Shown here: one piece after another, positions 55,201 to 64,000 of the stretch
Layout of the letters: each line of letters starts with the position of its first letter
Numbering within the stretch: position 1 is the stretch's first letter
NCBI GenBank assembly: GCA_012517825.1
Contig: JAAYUG010000115.1
Coordinates: 827 to 64,826 of the forward strand
Reading direction: 5' to 3'
Origin: Bacteroidales bacterium
Lineage (GTDB): Bacteria; Bacteroidota; Bacteroidia; Bacteroidales; JAAYUG01
DNA: 64,000 bases
Notes under the pieces: generated by a model
Database searches by the model: none
What the model saw: only the letters and a program-made list of their open reading frames with translations
What the model was told of the DNA's origin: nothing
Made by a program: the position numbers and the translations under genes

Positions 55201-55307
55201 GGCTGATGACCTTTATTCTTTACGCAATCCTTCTCACAAATGGCCTGGCCGGGACTCTTGATTATTTCAGCAGGGAAATAAAGAATATAAGCCGAATCCG
55301 CCGATAA
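52218..55307 (+). CDS. ABCG/ABC-2-type transporter (NBD then TMD) with a ~280-aa N-terminal extension
   Basis: Walker A GIIGGSGVGKSTLL, signature ISGGQRKRLNIG and Walker B LLVDEPTSGLS. About 6 TM helices follow, then a long extra C-terminal segment and a final TM. Confidence 0.85.
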   Translation: MREPVLVALMHLFALAESLHLKAFSAKGRAIAASFVKNIARSGEFIKLYDDYLDFYKRELKENESPGIRELMVKRLGKKLCRELILQERLVVLIRLTESFLQHEKLSKTELAFLESIATEFHISVEDRNALFDFAQGLTAEWKDTSSLLVIEKPGAESSDELEGAWIEQNKPLTGTTERVIARAGLNGKIEILHLSDARAILFKYIGTSELFINQQKVESGLLYLLTDGSIIRGNNISPVYFSEIISRFYQTDKPKIVLQGKNVSYSFGPNGKGIAPFSFYEESGHLVGIIGGSGVGKSTLLRLLSGQLPLKSGTITINGYDLHRDKFRLQGMIGYVPQDDLLFEELTVYQNLFYNACLCFGSMSKGEITAITRKMLRELDLEEIKDLKVGSPLNNIISGGQRKRLNIGLELMREPSILLVDEPTSGLSSTDAEKVMLLLRELANKGKLVIVNIHQPSSNIFRLFDNIWVLDQGGFPVYSGNPIEAVHYFKSIAFHANALENECPVCGNIDTDQILRILEAREIDEQGRLLGKRRRQPEEWYRLYKENIPQNHDLKAEKSLLPRHASGIPDETRQLVVFSKRNFLSKIGNIQYLIVAFLEAPLLALILAWFTRYETDAGYFFSENKNVPQYLFMAVVVALFIGLTISAEEIIKDRRILLRESYLNLSWFSYINSKVFYLFGLSAIQTMLFVLVGNIVLGNPEMIPAYWIVLFSTACFANLLGLNLSSGLKSVIAVYISIPLLLVPQLLFSGVIVSFDDLHKSLTRRTVVPVIGEIMASRWAYEALAVEQFSHNSFQKHFFKAEQEISDAGFKVNFLIPRLENVAQATIRKLNDSAAFHERQNNLKLLYNEIKKFPENNGLYPFEYIDSLKIQSFNETIGEELLDYLTYVRLQFLGRLEEGNRQKDSIYNSLLTRLGEDGVYRLKSRSHNSRLADIVQNKNELVKFIEVNNHIIPKKDPIYVLPESDYGRAHFYAAYKRLNGQYIDTLWFNLVVLWLMTFILYAILLTNGLAGTLDYFSREIKNISRIRR

Positions 55308-55379
55308 ATTCTATCAAACCGGTTTGCCAGAAAGTTTGTATTTTTTATTTTTACCAAAACCAAACAACTTGATGCAAGT

Positions 55380-56576
55380 ATGAAAAAGAAAGAATTTGAA
55401 AAAAAGGTATCCCAGCTCTTTTCTGAGTACAACAAATTGATTAACAGGACAAACAAACCCCTTAAACAGGGTAACGGAATTTTTACCCGGTACAAACACC
55501 CCATACTCACGGCCGATCATACGCCGGTTTTCTGGAGGTATGATCTCAATCAGAAAACGAATCCCCATCTGATGACCCGTCTCGGTATCAATTCGGTTTT
55601 TAATTCCGGGGCAATACTGTTTAAGGGGAAATATACTCTGGTGGCAAGAGTTGAAGGATGGGACCGAAAATCATTTTTTGCTGTTGCCCAAAGTCCCAAC
55701 GGAATTGATCATTGGGAATTCTGGGATTATCCTGTCACCCTGCCGGAAACGAAGGAACCCGATACCAACGTATATGACATGCGGCTTACCCAGCATGAAG
55801 ACGGCTGGATTTACGGGCTTTTCTGTGCGGAAAGAAAGGATCCCAATGCACCTCCGGGAGACACATCTTCGGCAGTTGCCGCATGCGGTATTGCCCGTAC
55901 CAAAGACCTGGTGACCTGGGAACGACTCCCTGATCTCAGAAGCAATTCGGGTCAGCAAAGGAACTGCGTTCTTCACCCCGAATTCGTCAATGGTAAATAT
56001 GCCATTTATACACGGCCGCAGGAAGGTTTTATTGAAGTCGGTTCCGGTGGCGGCATCGGATTTGGTCTCACTGACAGCATGGAAAATGCTGTGCTCGAAA
56101 CGGAAGTCATTATTGAGAATAAAGAATACCATACCATCAAGGAATTGAAAAACGGTTTGGGTCCGGCCCCGATAAAAACAAAGGAAGGCTGGCTTCACCT
56201 GGCCCATGGTGTAAGAAATACGGCGGCCGGCCTGCGTTACGTGCTATATATGTTCCTGGCCGACCTGAACGATCCCTCCAAAGTAATCCGGCAACCCGGA
56301 GGGTATTTCCTTGCACCGGAAGGAGAAGAAAGAGTGGGTGATGTTTCCAATGTTACTTTCTCCAATGGCTGGATTGTGAACGACAAAGAGGAAGTATTTA
56401 TTTACTATGGATCTTCCGATACACGCATGCACGTAGCCACATCTACGGTTGAAAAATTGCTTGACTACGTTCTTCACACCCCGGAAGATGGCTTTCGCTC
56501 AGCAGTATCGGTAATGCAGCGCAAGGAGCTTATTGAAAAAAATCTGAAAATTCTGGGTAAAAAGAAAAGATTATGA
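55380..56576 (+). CDS. GH130 beta-mannoside phosphorylase (4-O-beta-D-mannosyl-D-glucose phosphorylase-like)
   Basis: [30 protein letters not shown] and [23 protein letters not shown] closely follow my recollection of the GH130_1 MGP N-terminus. Confidence 0.85.
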   Translation: MKKKEFEKKVSQLFSEYNKLINRTNKPLKQGNGIFTRYKHPILTADHTPVFWRYDLNQKTNPHLMTRLGINSVFNSGAILFKGKYTLVARVEGWDRKSFFAVAQSPNGIDHWEFWDYPVTLPETKEPDTNVYDMRLTQHEDGWIYGLFCAERKDPNAPPGDTSSAVAACGIARTKDLVTWERLPDLRSNSGQQRNCVLHPEFVNGKYAIYTRPQEGFIEVGSGGGIGFGLTDSMENAVLETEVIIENKEYHTIKELKNGLGPAPIKTKEGWLHLAHGVRNTAAGLRYVLYMFLADLNDPSKVIRQPGGYFLAPEGEERVGDVSNVTFSNGWIVNDKEEVFIYYGSSDTRMHVATSTVEKLLDYVLHTPEDGFRSAVSVMQRKELIEKNLKILGKKKRL

Positions 56577-59008
56577 AATTCGGATATTTTGACGATGCGC
56601 ACCGGGAGTATGTAATTCAAAATCCCAGAACTCCCTACCCCTGGATTAACTACCTCGGAGCCGAGGCATTCTTTTCACTGATTTCCAATACAGGCGGAGG
56701 GTATAGCTTCTTCAGGGATGCGCGCCTGCGCCGCATTACAAGGTTCAGATACAATAATATCCCTCTCGACTCAAACGGAAAATACTTTTATATAAAGGAA
56801 GGAAATGAATTCTGGAATCCGGGATGGCAACCTTCGCGTACTCCCCTTGATTTTTATGAGTGCCGGCACGGGTTGGGGTATTCCGTCATTACAGGGGAAA
56901 AAAATCAGCTAAGGGCTGAATTGCTGGCTTTTGTTCCTCTGAAATTTAACGGAGAAGTGCAACGACTGCGTTTAACAAACAAAAGTTCATCAGAAAAGAA
57001 AATTCAGGTTTTCAGTTTCGTTGAATGGTGTTTGTGGAATGCACTTGATGACATGACCAATTTCCAGCGTAATTTTTCCACCGGGGAAGTGGAAGTTGAA
57101 GGTTCTGCAATTTACCATAAAACGGAGTATAAGGAGCGGCGGAACCATTTTGCATTTCATTCGGTCAATGTTCCCGTGACAGCGTTCGATACTGACAGGG
57201 AAAGTTTTTTAGGCATGTATAACGGCCTCGACAGGCCAGAAACTGTTGCAGCGGGGAAGCTGACCGGCAGCATTGCGCACGGATGGTCGCCGGTAGCGGC
57301 ATTTCAGATTGACATTTCAATAGAACCAGGTACATCAAAAGATCTTGTTTTTATTCTTGGATATGTTGAAAACCCTGAAGACAGGAAGTGGGAAACTAAG
57401 GGTATCATCAACAAGGAACAGGCCCGGCTTATGATAAACCGCTTTGCAGATACCCGCTCGGTTGATGAGGCAATGAAAGAACTGAAGGATTACTGGACGG
57501 GACTGTTTTCTGTTTTTCAGGTCAGATCGCACGATGAACGGATTGACAGAATGGTCAACATCTGGAACCAGTATCAGTGCATGGTCACTTTCAACATGTC
57601 ACGCAGTGCCTCCTATTTTGAATCAGGGATTGGCAGGGGACTGGGATTCAGGGATTCCAACCAGGACCTTATAGGTTTTGTGCATCAGGATCCTGAAAGG
57701 GCGCGTGAGCGCATCATTGATATCGCTTCCACCCAGTTTGAAGACGGAGGAGCCTACCATCAATATCAACCGCTGACCAAGCGGGGGAACAATGAAATAG
57801 GAGGTAATTTCAATGATGATCCCCTCTGGCTCATTCTTTCGACCACTGCCTATATTAAAGAAACGGGCGATTTCGGCATCCTTGATGTTTCAGTGCCTTT
57901 TGATAATCACCCTGATAAGGCCGCTCCTTTAATGGAGCACCTCAAGCGGTCATTCGATCACGTCGTCAATAATCTGGGTCCGCACGGCCTGCCCCTGATA
58001 GGAAGAGCTGACTGGAACGACTGTTTGAACCTCAACTGTTTTTCAACCAACCCTGACGAATCGTTTCAGACAACAGAAAACAAAAAAGGAGGAGTTGCCG
58101 AATCGGTATTTATAGGAGGAATGTTTGTATTGTACGGAAATGAATATGCACGGTTATGTGAGATAAGGGGAATGGAAGAAGAAGCCCGTCGCGCACGGGC
58201 ACATGTGCATGCCATGGAGAAAGCTGTGATGGATCACGGATGGGACGGTGAATGGTTCCTCAGGGCATATGATTACTTCGGAAACAAGGTTGGGTCAAAA
58301 GAAAATGAAGAGGGGAAAATATTCATCGAACCCCAGGGCTTTTGTATCATGGCCGGAATAGGGCTTGCTGACGGAAAAGCAGAAACGGCACTTGCCTCGG
58401 TAAAAAAATACCTTGACTGTCCTTACGGGATAGTTCTTAATCACCCAGCCTTTACCTATTACCATCTGAATCTGGGAGAAATCAGCACTTATCCGGCCGG
58501 ATACAAGGAAAATGCCGGCATTTTCTGCCACAATAACCCCTGGATCATGATTGCGGAAACGATGGTTGGCAACGGAAAACAGGCATTTGAATATTACACC
58601 AAAATTGCTCCTTCCTTTCTTGAGGATATAAGTGATCTGCACAAAACAGAACCATACGTTTATTCCCAGATGATAGCCGGCAAAGACGCATGGAAACCGG
58701 GAGAGGCAAAAAATTCGTGGCTAACAGGCACAGCGGCATGGAATTTCTATGCCATTACACAGTATATACTGGGAATACGTCCTGATTATTTCGGACTGAT
58801 AGTAGATCCCTGTATTCCTTCTGAATGGAAAGAGTTTCATGTACAAAGAATTTTCAGGGGAGTAAAATACCATATCCATATCAAGAACCCCGCCGGTGTT
58901 ATGAAAGGAATCCGGTCGGTTACCCTGAACGGAAAGCCTGTGGAGGGAAACATGCTGCCCCTTCTCAAATCCGGAGAAGAAGCATCTGTTGAAGTCATTA
59001 TGGGATAG
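56573..59008 (+). CDS. GH94 disaccharide phosphorylase (cellobiose/chitobiose-phosphorylase family)
   Basis: [41 protein letters not shown] and the 811-aa size are typical of GH94. ATGA overlap with the GH130 gene. Confidence 0.9.
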   Translation: MKFGYFDDAHREYVIQNPRTPYPWINYLGAEAFFSLISNTGGGYSFFRDARLRRITRFRYNNIPLDSNGKYFYIKEGNEFWNPGWQPSRTPLDFYECRHGLGYSVITGEKNQLRAELLAFVPLKFNGEVQRLRLTNKSSSEKKIQVFSFVEWCLWNALDDMTNFQRNFSTGEVEVEGSAIYHKTEYKERRNHFAFHSVNVPVTAFDTDRESFLGMYNGLDRPETVAAGKLTGSIAHGWSPVAAFQIDISIEPGTSKDLVFILGYVENPEDRKWETKGIINKEQARLMINRFADTRSVDEAMKELKDYWTGLFSVFQVRSHDERIDRMVNIWNQYQCMVTFNMSRSASYFESGIGRGLGFRDSNQDLIGFVHQDPERARERIIDIASTQFEDGGAYHQYQPLTKRGNNEIGGNFNDDPLWLILSTTAYIKETGDFGILDVSVPFDNHPDKAAPLMEHLKRSFDHVVNNLGPHGLPLIGRADWNDCLNLNCFSTNPDESFQTTENKKGGVAESVFIGGMFVLYGNEYARLCEIRGMEEEARRARAHVHAMEKAVMDHGWDGEWFLRAYDYFGNKVGSKENEEGKIFIEPQGFCIMAGIGLADGKAETALASVKKYLDCPYGIVLNHPAFTYYHLNLGEISTYPAGYKENAGIFCHNNPWIMIAETMVGNGKQAFEYYTKIAPSFLEDISDLHKTEPYVYSQMIAGKDAWKPGEAKNSWLTGTAAWNFYAITQYILGIRPDYFGLIVDPCIPSEWKEFHVQRIFRGVKYHIHIKNPAGVMKGIRSVTLNGKPVEGNMLPLLKSGEEASVEVIMG

Positions 59009-59045
59009 TGAGACTATGCCATTTCAACAGTCACCTTGTTAAAGG

Positions 59046-59711
59046 GTGAGGCCTGTTCGAAGGGAATCAGATTTTGACAGCAACGGGAATTATCTGCATG
59101 CAATGCCCAGTTCGGGGAAACCTGCACCGGGCGATATCATGTTTGCTGACCTCAACCGGGATGGCATAATAAATGACCTGGACCGCACTATCATCGGGAA
59201 AGCTATTCCGGATGGGATGGCAAGCCTGATTTTTAACGGCACAATACGTCAATTTGATCTGTACTTCCTGCTCAACGGAATATGGAATTTCGATATTTTC
59301 AATCTGCAGCGCTCCAGACTCATGTCGTTTGACAGCCAGGACATGAATCATAACAAACTGGCAGAATATGCAAAGAACTATTATCGTCAGGGATATCCAA
59401 GCTCAGAGTACCTTCGTGCTGATCTGAATAACAGCAATCTGAATGACAGGATTTCAACCTGGTGGATTGAAAACGGTTCTTATCTGCGGTTCAAAGAAAT
59501 TCAGCTCGGCTATACACTTAAAACGACTGCACCGGAACAGAATCCGACAGTCAGGCTATATGCCTCCGCTTCAAACCTTTTCACAATTACCAGATACAAA
59601 GGAAGAGATCCGGAAGGGGCGCTTTCCTCCTCCCCTTTAAATTCAGGAATCGATAACGGCATTTATCCTGTCCCCAGATTTTTCGGCATAGGCGTTCAGG
59701 TCAGGTTTTAA
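59046..59711 (+). pseudogene. C-terminal remnant (~220 aa) of a SusC/RagA-type TonB-dependent transporter
   Basis: PGDIMFADLNRDGIINDLDRTIIG, ENGSYLRFKEIQLGYTL, ASASNLFTITRYKGRDPE and the terminal ...FGIGVQVRF match the last barrel strands of SusC proteins. The plug and about 3/4 of the barrel are absent, and no SusD gene follows. Confidence 0.75.
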
Positions 59712-59830
59712 GAAAGATCATGTCAGTAATTCTGATAAATAAGATAAAAAAGAAAAAAAACGAGCAGAGACATCGCATGAAATAAAATTCTATATTTAAA
59801 AGCAATTAAAAATTATCAAAACAATTTTAT

Positions 59831-62098
59831 ATGAATACAAGGTATTTTTTCTTTGTTTTCCTGGCGGTACTTCTGTTTTCCTGCCAGAATAAGGAAGATA
59901 TTGTTATCAACACCGACGTAAAATGGAAGTTTAAAACCGGGGATAGTAATCTCTATGCAAAGCCTGAATACGATGATTCTTCCTGGGACAGTATCTCCCC
60001 TGACATGGTTTGGGAATTGCAAGGCTACAGCGCCTATAACGGAATCGGATGGTACCGGTTGCATTTCTTTTTACCGGAAAAAATGAAGAAAAATGCATGG
60101 ATGAAGGATAGTATCCAGATTGTCGTAGGGCAGGTAGATGACTGGGATGAAACCTATCTGAACGGAGAAATACTTGGTCAGAACGGATTAACTATCCTGC
60201 CCGACAAAAGCAATTTGCCGGCTAAGCTGACAGGGAGCACAGATGCATACCGGCTTCTGCGGAAATATGTCCTTTCTGTTACCGATCCTCGTTTACGGTG
60301 GAATCAGGAAAATGTACTGGCCGTTCGGGCAATTGATTTTGGAGGAGGCGGCGGAATATATGGCAAGGCACATGGCATAAGCATGATTGATCTGAAAGAT
60401 TATTTGCAATTTGATGCCGGAAAGTTTCAGGTTACACTCAAAGGGAACAATCAATTTCAGATTAAAACGGCTCTGGTTAATACCCATGGTTCATACCAGT
60501 TTAAAGGCATACTGAAATGCCGGATAGTATCAGCCGATAACCAGCAGACTGTATTTGACACAACAGTACGTCTTTCGGTTCTTCCGCAGAATGAACAGGA
60601 GAAAGAGTTTCTTTTTACAGCCGATCAAACGAAAAGACACACATATTTTATTTCTTTCCGTGATCAGAAATCGGGGAAGACATTTTCGGCATCGGCCGAG
60701 ATGCCCTATATTCTTACACCTCCTGCACCGGAAGAACCTCGTATCAACGGAGCCGGCATCATCGGAGTCCGACCGGGAAATGAGTTTCTGTTTTACATTC
60801 CTGTAACCGGAAGCAGGCCGTTGACCTACAAAGCGAAAGGGTTACCCCAGGGGTTGTCTCTGGATTCATTGAAAGGAATCATTACAGGCCGGACAAACAC
60901 AAAAGGTGAATACCGCGTTCTGGTGGAGGTTTCCAACAGCAAAGGCACGGCCAAAAAAGAAATACGGATTGTGGTTGGTGACAAGATTGCCCTCACACCT
61001 CCGATGGGCTGGAACAGTTGGAATTGCTGGGGTTTAAGTGTTGACGACAGGAAAGTACGCGATGCAGCCGATCAGTTTGTCAATTCCGGATTAATTGATC
61101 ATGGATGGACATACATCAATATTGATGATGGATGGGAAGCACCCGAAAGGGCCAAAAATGGAGAAATTTTGCCTAATGAAAAGTTCCCTGACATGAAAGG
61201 ATTGACCGATTATGTTCATTCAAAAGGACTCAGGTTCGGTATTTACAGTTCACCCGGGCCACTGACCTGCGGCGGCTATCTGGGTTCTTACCAGCACGAA
61301 ATGCAGGATGCGAAAAGTTATGCCAGATGGGGAATAGACTATTTGAAATACGACTGGTGCTCGTATGGAAGAATAGCCAGGGACAACAGCCTGGAAGAAC
61401 TGAAAAAGCCTTATCTGCTTATGCGAAAATGCCTTGACAGGGCCGGAAGGGATATTGTGTTCAGTCTATGCCAGTATGGTATGGGAGAAGTCTGGAAATG
61501 GGGGCACGAAGTAGGAGGAGATTGCTGGAGAACCACAGGAGATATTGAGGATACATGGGAAAGCATGAGCAACATAGGATTTTCGCAGGATGTATGCGCT
61601 CCGTATACACGTCCCGGTTACTGGAACGATCCCGACATGCTGGTTGTTGGTTGGGTAGGTTGGGGACCCAGCCTTCACCCAACCCACCTGACACCCAGCG
61701 AGCAATACACCCATATCAGCCTGTGGTGCCTGCTATCAGCTCCCCTGCTGATTGGATGTGATCTGACAAAGCTGGATGATTTCACCCTGAATCTCCTGAC
61801 CAATGATGAAATACTTGCTGTTAATCAGGATCCGGCAGCAAACCCGGCTAAACGCATTGTAAAAAATGAAAACGGACAAATCTGGGTAAAACTTCTTGAA
61901 GACGGGTCATATGCCGTTGGATTGTTCAATACTTCCGAAAAAGATCAGATCATGACTCTGTCATTCCGTGATCTGAATCTCTCAGGAAAACACAGGATAC
62001 GTGATCTCTGGCGGCAAAAAGATTCCGGCAACTTTACCGATGAATTTGAATGCAAAGTTCCGGCTCACGGAGCTGAGATGATCCGAATTTTTCCCTGA
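59831..62098 (+). CDS. GH27 alpha-galactosidase with N-terminal galactose-binding-like and Ig-like (He_PIG-type) domains
   Basis: Signal/lipobox LFSC. The catalytic core has PPMGWNSWNCW, INIDDGW, KYDWC and DPDML. The LTYKAKGLPQGLSLDSLKGIITG Ig-like motif is present. Confidence 0.85.
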   Translation: MNTRYFFFVFLAVLLFSCQNKEDIVINTDVKWKFKTGDSNLYAKPEYDDSSWDSISPDMVWELQGYSAYNGIGWYRLHFFLPEKMKKNAWMKDSIQIVVGQVDDWDETYLNGEILGQNGLTILPDKSNLPAKLTGSTDAYRLLRKYVLSVTDPRLRWNQENVLAVRAIDFGGGGGIYGKAHGISMIDLKDYLQFDAGKFQVTLKGNNQFQIKTALVNTHGSYQFKGILKCRIVSADNQQTVFDTTVRLSVLPQNEQEKEFLFTADQTKRHTYFISFRDQKSGKTFSASAEMPYILTPPAPEEPRINGAGIIGVRPGNEFLFYIPVTGSRPLTYKAKGLPQGLSLDSLKGIITGRTNTKGEYRVLVEVSNSKGTAKKEIRIVVGDKIALTPPMGWNSWNCWGLSVDDRKVRDAADQFVNSGLIDHGWTYINIDDGWEAPERAKNGEILPNEKFPDMKGLTDYVHSKGLRFGIYSSPGPLTCGGYLGSYQHEMQDAKSYARWGIDYLKYDWCSYGRIARDNSLEELKKPYLLMRKCLDRAGRDIVFSLCQYGMGEVWKWGHEVGGDCWRTTGDIEDTWESMSNIGFSQDVCAPYTRPGYWNDPDMLVVGWVGWGPSLHPTHLTPSEQYTHISLWCLLSAPLLIGCDLTKLDDFTLNLLTNDEILAVNQDPAANPAKRIVKNENGQIWVKLLEDGSYAVGLFNTSEKDQIMTLSFRDLNLSGKHRIRDLWRQKDSGNFTDEFECKVPAHGAEMIRIFP

Positions 62099-62136
62099 GC
62101 AACTATTTAACCAACTAACCAAACTGAATCAGAATT

Positions 62137-63684
62137 ATGAAAAACCATTCATTGAGCAAAGGAGGGCTGATAGCAGTATTTTTGCTCAGAACTGCTATTG
62201 GCTGGCACTTTTTATATGAAGGGTTAACAAAACTTTTCATGCCCGGATGGACATCTGCCGATTATCTGCAGATTGCCAACGGGATATTTCCCGGTTTTTT
62301 TCATTCCATAGCCGAAAATCCCGTTGCTCTGCAGATTGCCGATCAACTCAATATTTGGGGGCTCATTCTTACAGGCACCGGCCTTTTCATTGGCATGTTC
62401 GACCGCTGGGCATCAATTGCCGGAATGATTCTTCTGGCCTTATACTGGATGGCTAATCCTCCGTTTATTTCGAATGATTTCGGTATGGTGCGAGAAGGGC
62501 ATTATCTCATTGTTGATAAAAATGTAGTGGAATTTTTTGCTCTTTTGCTCCTGGCTCTTTTCCCGAGCGGGAAATATCTGGGACTGGAACATTTTGTAAA
62601 AAAGAGAAAAGAAAGGCCGGAATCGGCCGGAGCATTTCCTTTGGCTGCTGAAGAGAAAATGCCCGATGTAAGCCGCAGAAGCCTTTTAAAAGGACTTTCA
62701 TTTGCACCGTTTGCTGCAGCCTTCGCCTGGGCATTCGTGCGCAAGTTGCAATGGCAAAGCTATGAAGAGAAGAATCTTGTCGATGCTGTTACCGGAGCCA
62801 GTGCCAAAACTTTTAACGCAGGTACACTCAAGGATCTTAAAGGTACCATTCCTCCGGCAAAGATTGGAAACATCACCTTCAGCAGACTTATTCTGGGAGG
62901 CAATCTGCTTTCGGGCTGGGCTCATTCGCGCGATCTGATTTATGTTTCTCAGCTTGTAAAAGCATATCATCATAAAGATAAAATATTTGCCACCTTGCTA
63001 CTGGCAGAAAAATGCGGCATCAACACCCTGCTGACAAATCCAATTCTTTGCTCGCTCATAGATGAATACTGGAGAAAAGGTATTGGCAAAATTCAGTTTA
63101 TTACTGACTGTGCCGGATTAAATTATGATGCCAAGGGACAGCCATCAGCCATGCCAATAAATGAATACATTGATAAGGTTAAAAGAGCAATTGACACTGG
63201 AGCAGTGGCAGGATATGTTCAGGGTGAAACGGCAGATTACTATATTCAGCAGAAACAACCTGAAGTAATTGGCCGCATTCTTGATTTGCTAAGGTCAAAC
63301 GGCCTTCTGGCCGGCATCGGAGCACACCATATTGAAACCATCAAGGCGTGTGTTGATTATGGATTTCAACCCGACTTCTGGATGAAAACATTGCATCATC
63401 ATAATTATTGGTCAGCAAAAAATCCGGAATGGCACGATAACATGTTCTGTTACAAGCCCGATGAGACGATTGCCTATATGAAAGAACGGCCTGAGCCATT
63501 TATAGCATTTAAGGTTATGGCGGCCGGAGCCATCCATCCAAAAGACGGTTTCCGGTATGCCTTTGAAAACGGAGCTGATTTTATATGTGCAGGAATGTAT
63601 GACTTTCAGATGATTGAAGATGTGAACATAGCTTGTGAAATTTTAGCTTCTGATATAAAAAGAGAACGACCATGGAGAGCATGA
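62137..63684 (+). CDS. DoxX-family membrane domain fused to an extra TM, a flavinylation-type motif and an AKR-like TIM-barrel domain
   Basis: The N-terminal ~165 aa are DoxX-like (LLRTAIGWHFLYEGLTKL). A basic loop KKRKERPE...SRRSLLKGLSFAPFAAAFAWAFV follows (Tat-like signal or TM5). Next comes DAVTGAS (62782-62802). A ~300-aa domain follows, starting KIGNITFSRLILGGNLLSGW, which resembles the start of the Tat-AKR-like protein at 32657. Confidence 0.7.
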   Translation: MKNHSLSKGGLIAVFLLRTAIGWHFLYEGLTKLFMPGWTSADYLQIANGIFPGFFHSIAENPVALQIADQLNIWGLILTGTGLFIGMFDRWASIAGMILLALYWMANPPFISNDFGMVREGHYLIVDKNVVEFFALLLLALFPSGKYLGLEHFVKKRKERPESAGAFPLAAEEKMPDVSRRSLLKGLSFAPFAAAFAWAFVRKLQWQSYEEKNLVDAVTGASAKTFNAGTLKDLKGTIPPAKIGNITFSRLILGGNLLSGWAHSRDLIYVSQLVKAYHHKDKIFATLLLAEKCGINTLLTNPILCSLIDEYWRKGIGKIQFITDCAGLNYDAKGQPSAMPINEYIDKVKRAIDTGAVAGYVQGETADYYIQQKQPEVIGRILDLLRSNGLLAGIGAHHIETIKACVDYGFQPDFWMKTLHHHNYWSAKNPEWHDNMFCYKPDETIAYMKERPEPFIAFKVMAAGAIHPKDGFRYAFENGADFICAGMYDFQMIEDVNIACEILASDIKRERPWRA

Positions 63685-64000
63685 ATATTCTTCAGCCCGA
63701 AAATTACCTCGCCTCGGATCAGCGGTATGAGCGTATGAAATACCGCAGGTGCGGTAAAAGCGGAATTGACCTTCCCGTTCTTTCACTTGGATTGTGGCAT
63801 AATTTTGGTCATTACGATGATTTCACGACGATCAGAAAACTGCTTCACTTTGCTTTTGATCATGGTATTACGCATTTTGACCTGGCCAATAATTATGGTC
63901 CTCCTCCCGGTGCAGCAGAGGAAAACTTTGGTAAGGTTCTTCATTCCGATTTCAAAGGGTACCGCGATGAAATGATTATCAGTACCAAAGCGGGTTATTA
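63681..64000 (+). CDS. Aldo/keto reductase, YghZ/Kv-beta-like (L-glyceraldehyde-3-phosphate-reductase-type); the 3' end runs off the window
   Basis: Hand translation gives MNILQPENYLASDQRYERMKYRRCGKSGIDLPVLSLGLWHNFG...HFDLANNYGPPPGAAEENFG...STKAGY. ATGA overlap with the upstream gene. Confidence 0.8.
   Translation, partial: MNILQPENYLASDQRYERMKYRRCGKSGIDLPVLSLGLWHNFGHYDDFTTIRKLLHFAFDHGITHFDLANNYGPPPGAAEENFGKVLHSDFKGYRDEMIISTKAGY

Noticed and set aside
1-64000. Mobile genetic elements, prophage, defence islands, tRNA/rRNA genes
   Set aside because: I recognised no integrase, transposase, phage structural, restriction-modification, toxin-antitoxin or cas-like ORF. No tRNA-like cloverleaf was seen in the intergenic spacers. 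The window reads as core/metabolic chromosome, apart from the SusC remnant.

Overview
The window looks like a chromosomal segment of a Bacteroidota-type genome. Evidence: a T9SS C-terminal sorting tail on an M1 peptidase, a SusC/RagA C-terminal remnant, a TPR/PD40/OmpA protein, lipoprotein-rich exported enzymes and a TAnnTTTG-like -7 box. It is densely coding, with about 50 CDS and no rRNA, tRNA, CRISPR array, transposase or integrase that I could find.

Recognisable content, left to right:
- a partial homocysteine S-methyltransferase (MetH-like) gene, a serine hydrolase, an HD-domain protein, an ICDH/IPMDH-family dehydrogenase and PepD
- a rubredoxin gene that falls below the ORF-track cutoff
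- a VTC + DUF4956 pair
- citrate lyase (CitF plus a fused CitD-CitE) and methylmalonyl-CoA epimerase
- a GH3-beta-lactamase fusion and a tricorn-like protease
- a Fur/PerR-like regulator with a peroxiredoxin, an FMN glutamate-synthase-like protein, a C1 peptidase, an OmpA-family protein, QueE and alkaline phosphatase
- a cluster of Tat-exported Gfo/Idh/MocA oxidoreductases with ApbE, an exported AKR-like protein, a PmoA-like protein and a DUF1080 protein
- a tightly packed PAP2 / ArnT-like / GT2 / GHMP sugar-1-kinase / GalU operon
- galM, galK, an M1 peptidase, an FGE-domain giant protein and a second galM
- an ABCG-like transporter
- a GH130 + GH94 phosphorylase pair, a SusC remnant and a GH27 alpha-galactosidase
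- a DoxX fusion protein and a partial YghZ-like aldo-keto reductase

The most interesting candidates:
1. The DoxX-TM-'DAVTGAS'-AKR-like fusion, a possible membrane-anchored, ApbE-flavinylated extracytosolic redox protein.
2. The putative envelope-glycolipid (lipid A-type) modification operon fed by a sugar-1-kinase/UDP-sugar salvage pair.
3. The Tat/Gfo/ApbE/DUF1080 cluster, which has an ApbE lacking any signal peptide.
4. Three distinct structured intergenic repeat families, each seen twice in the window.

All functional calls come from reading motifs by eye. No database search was run.
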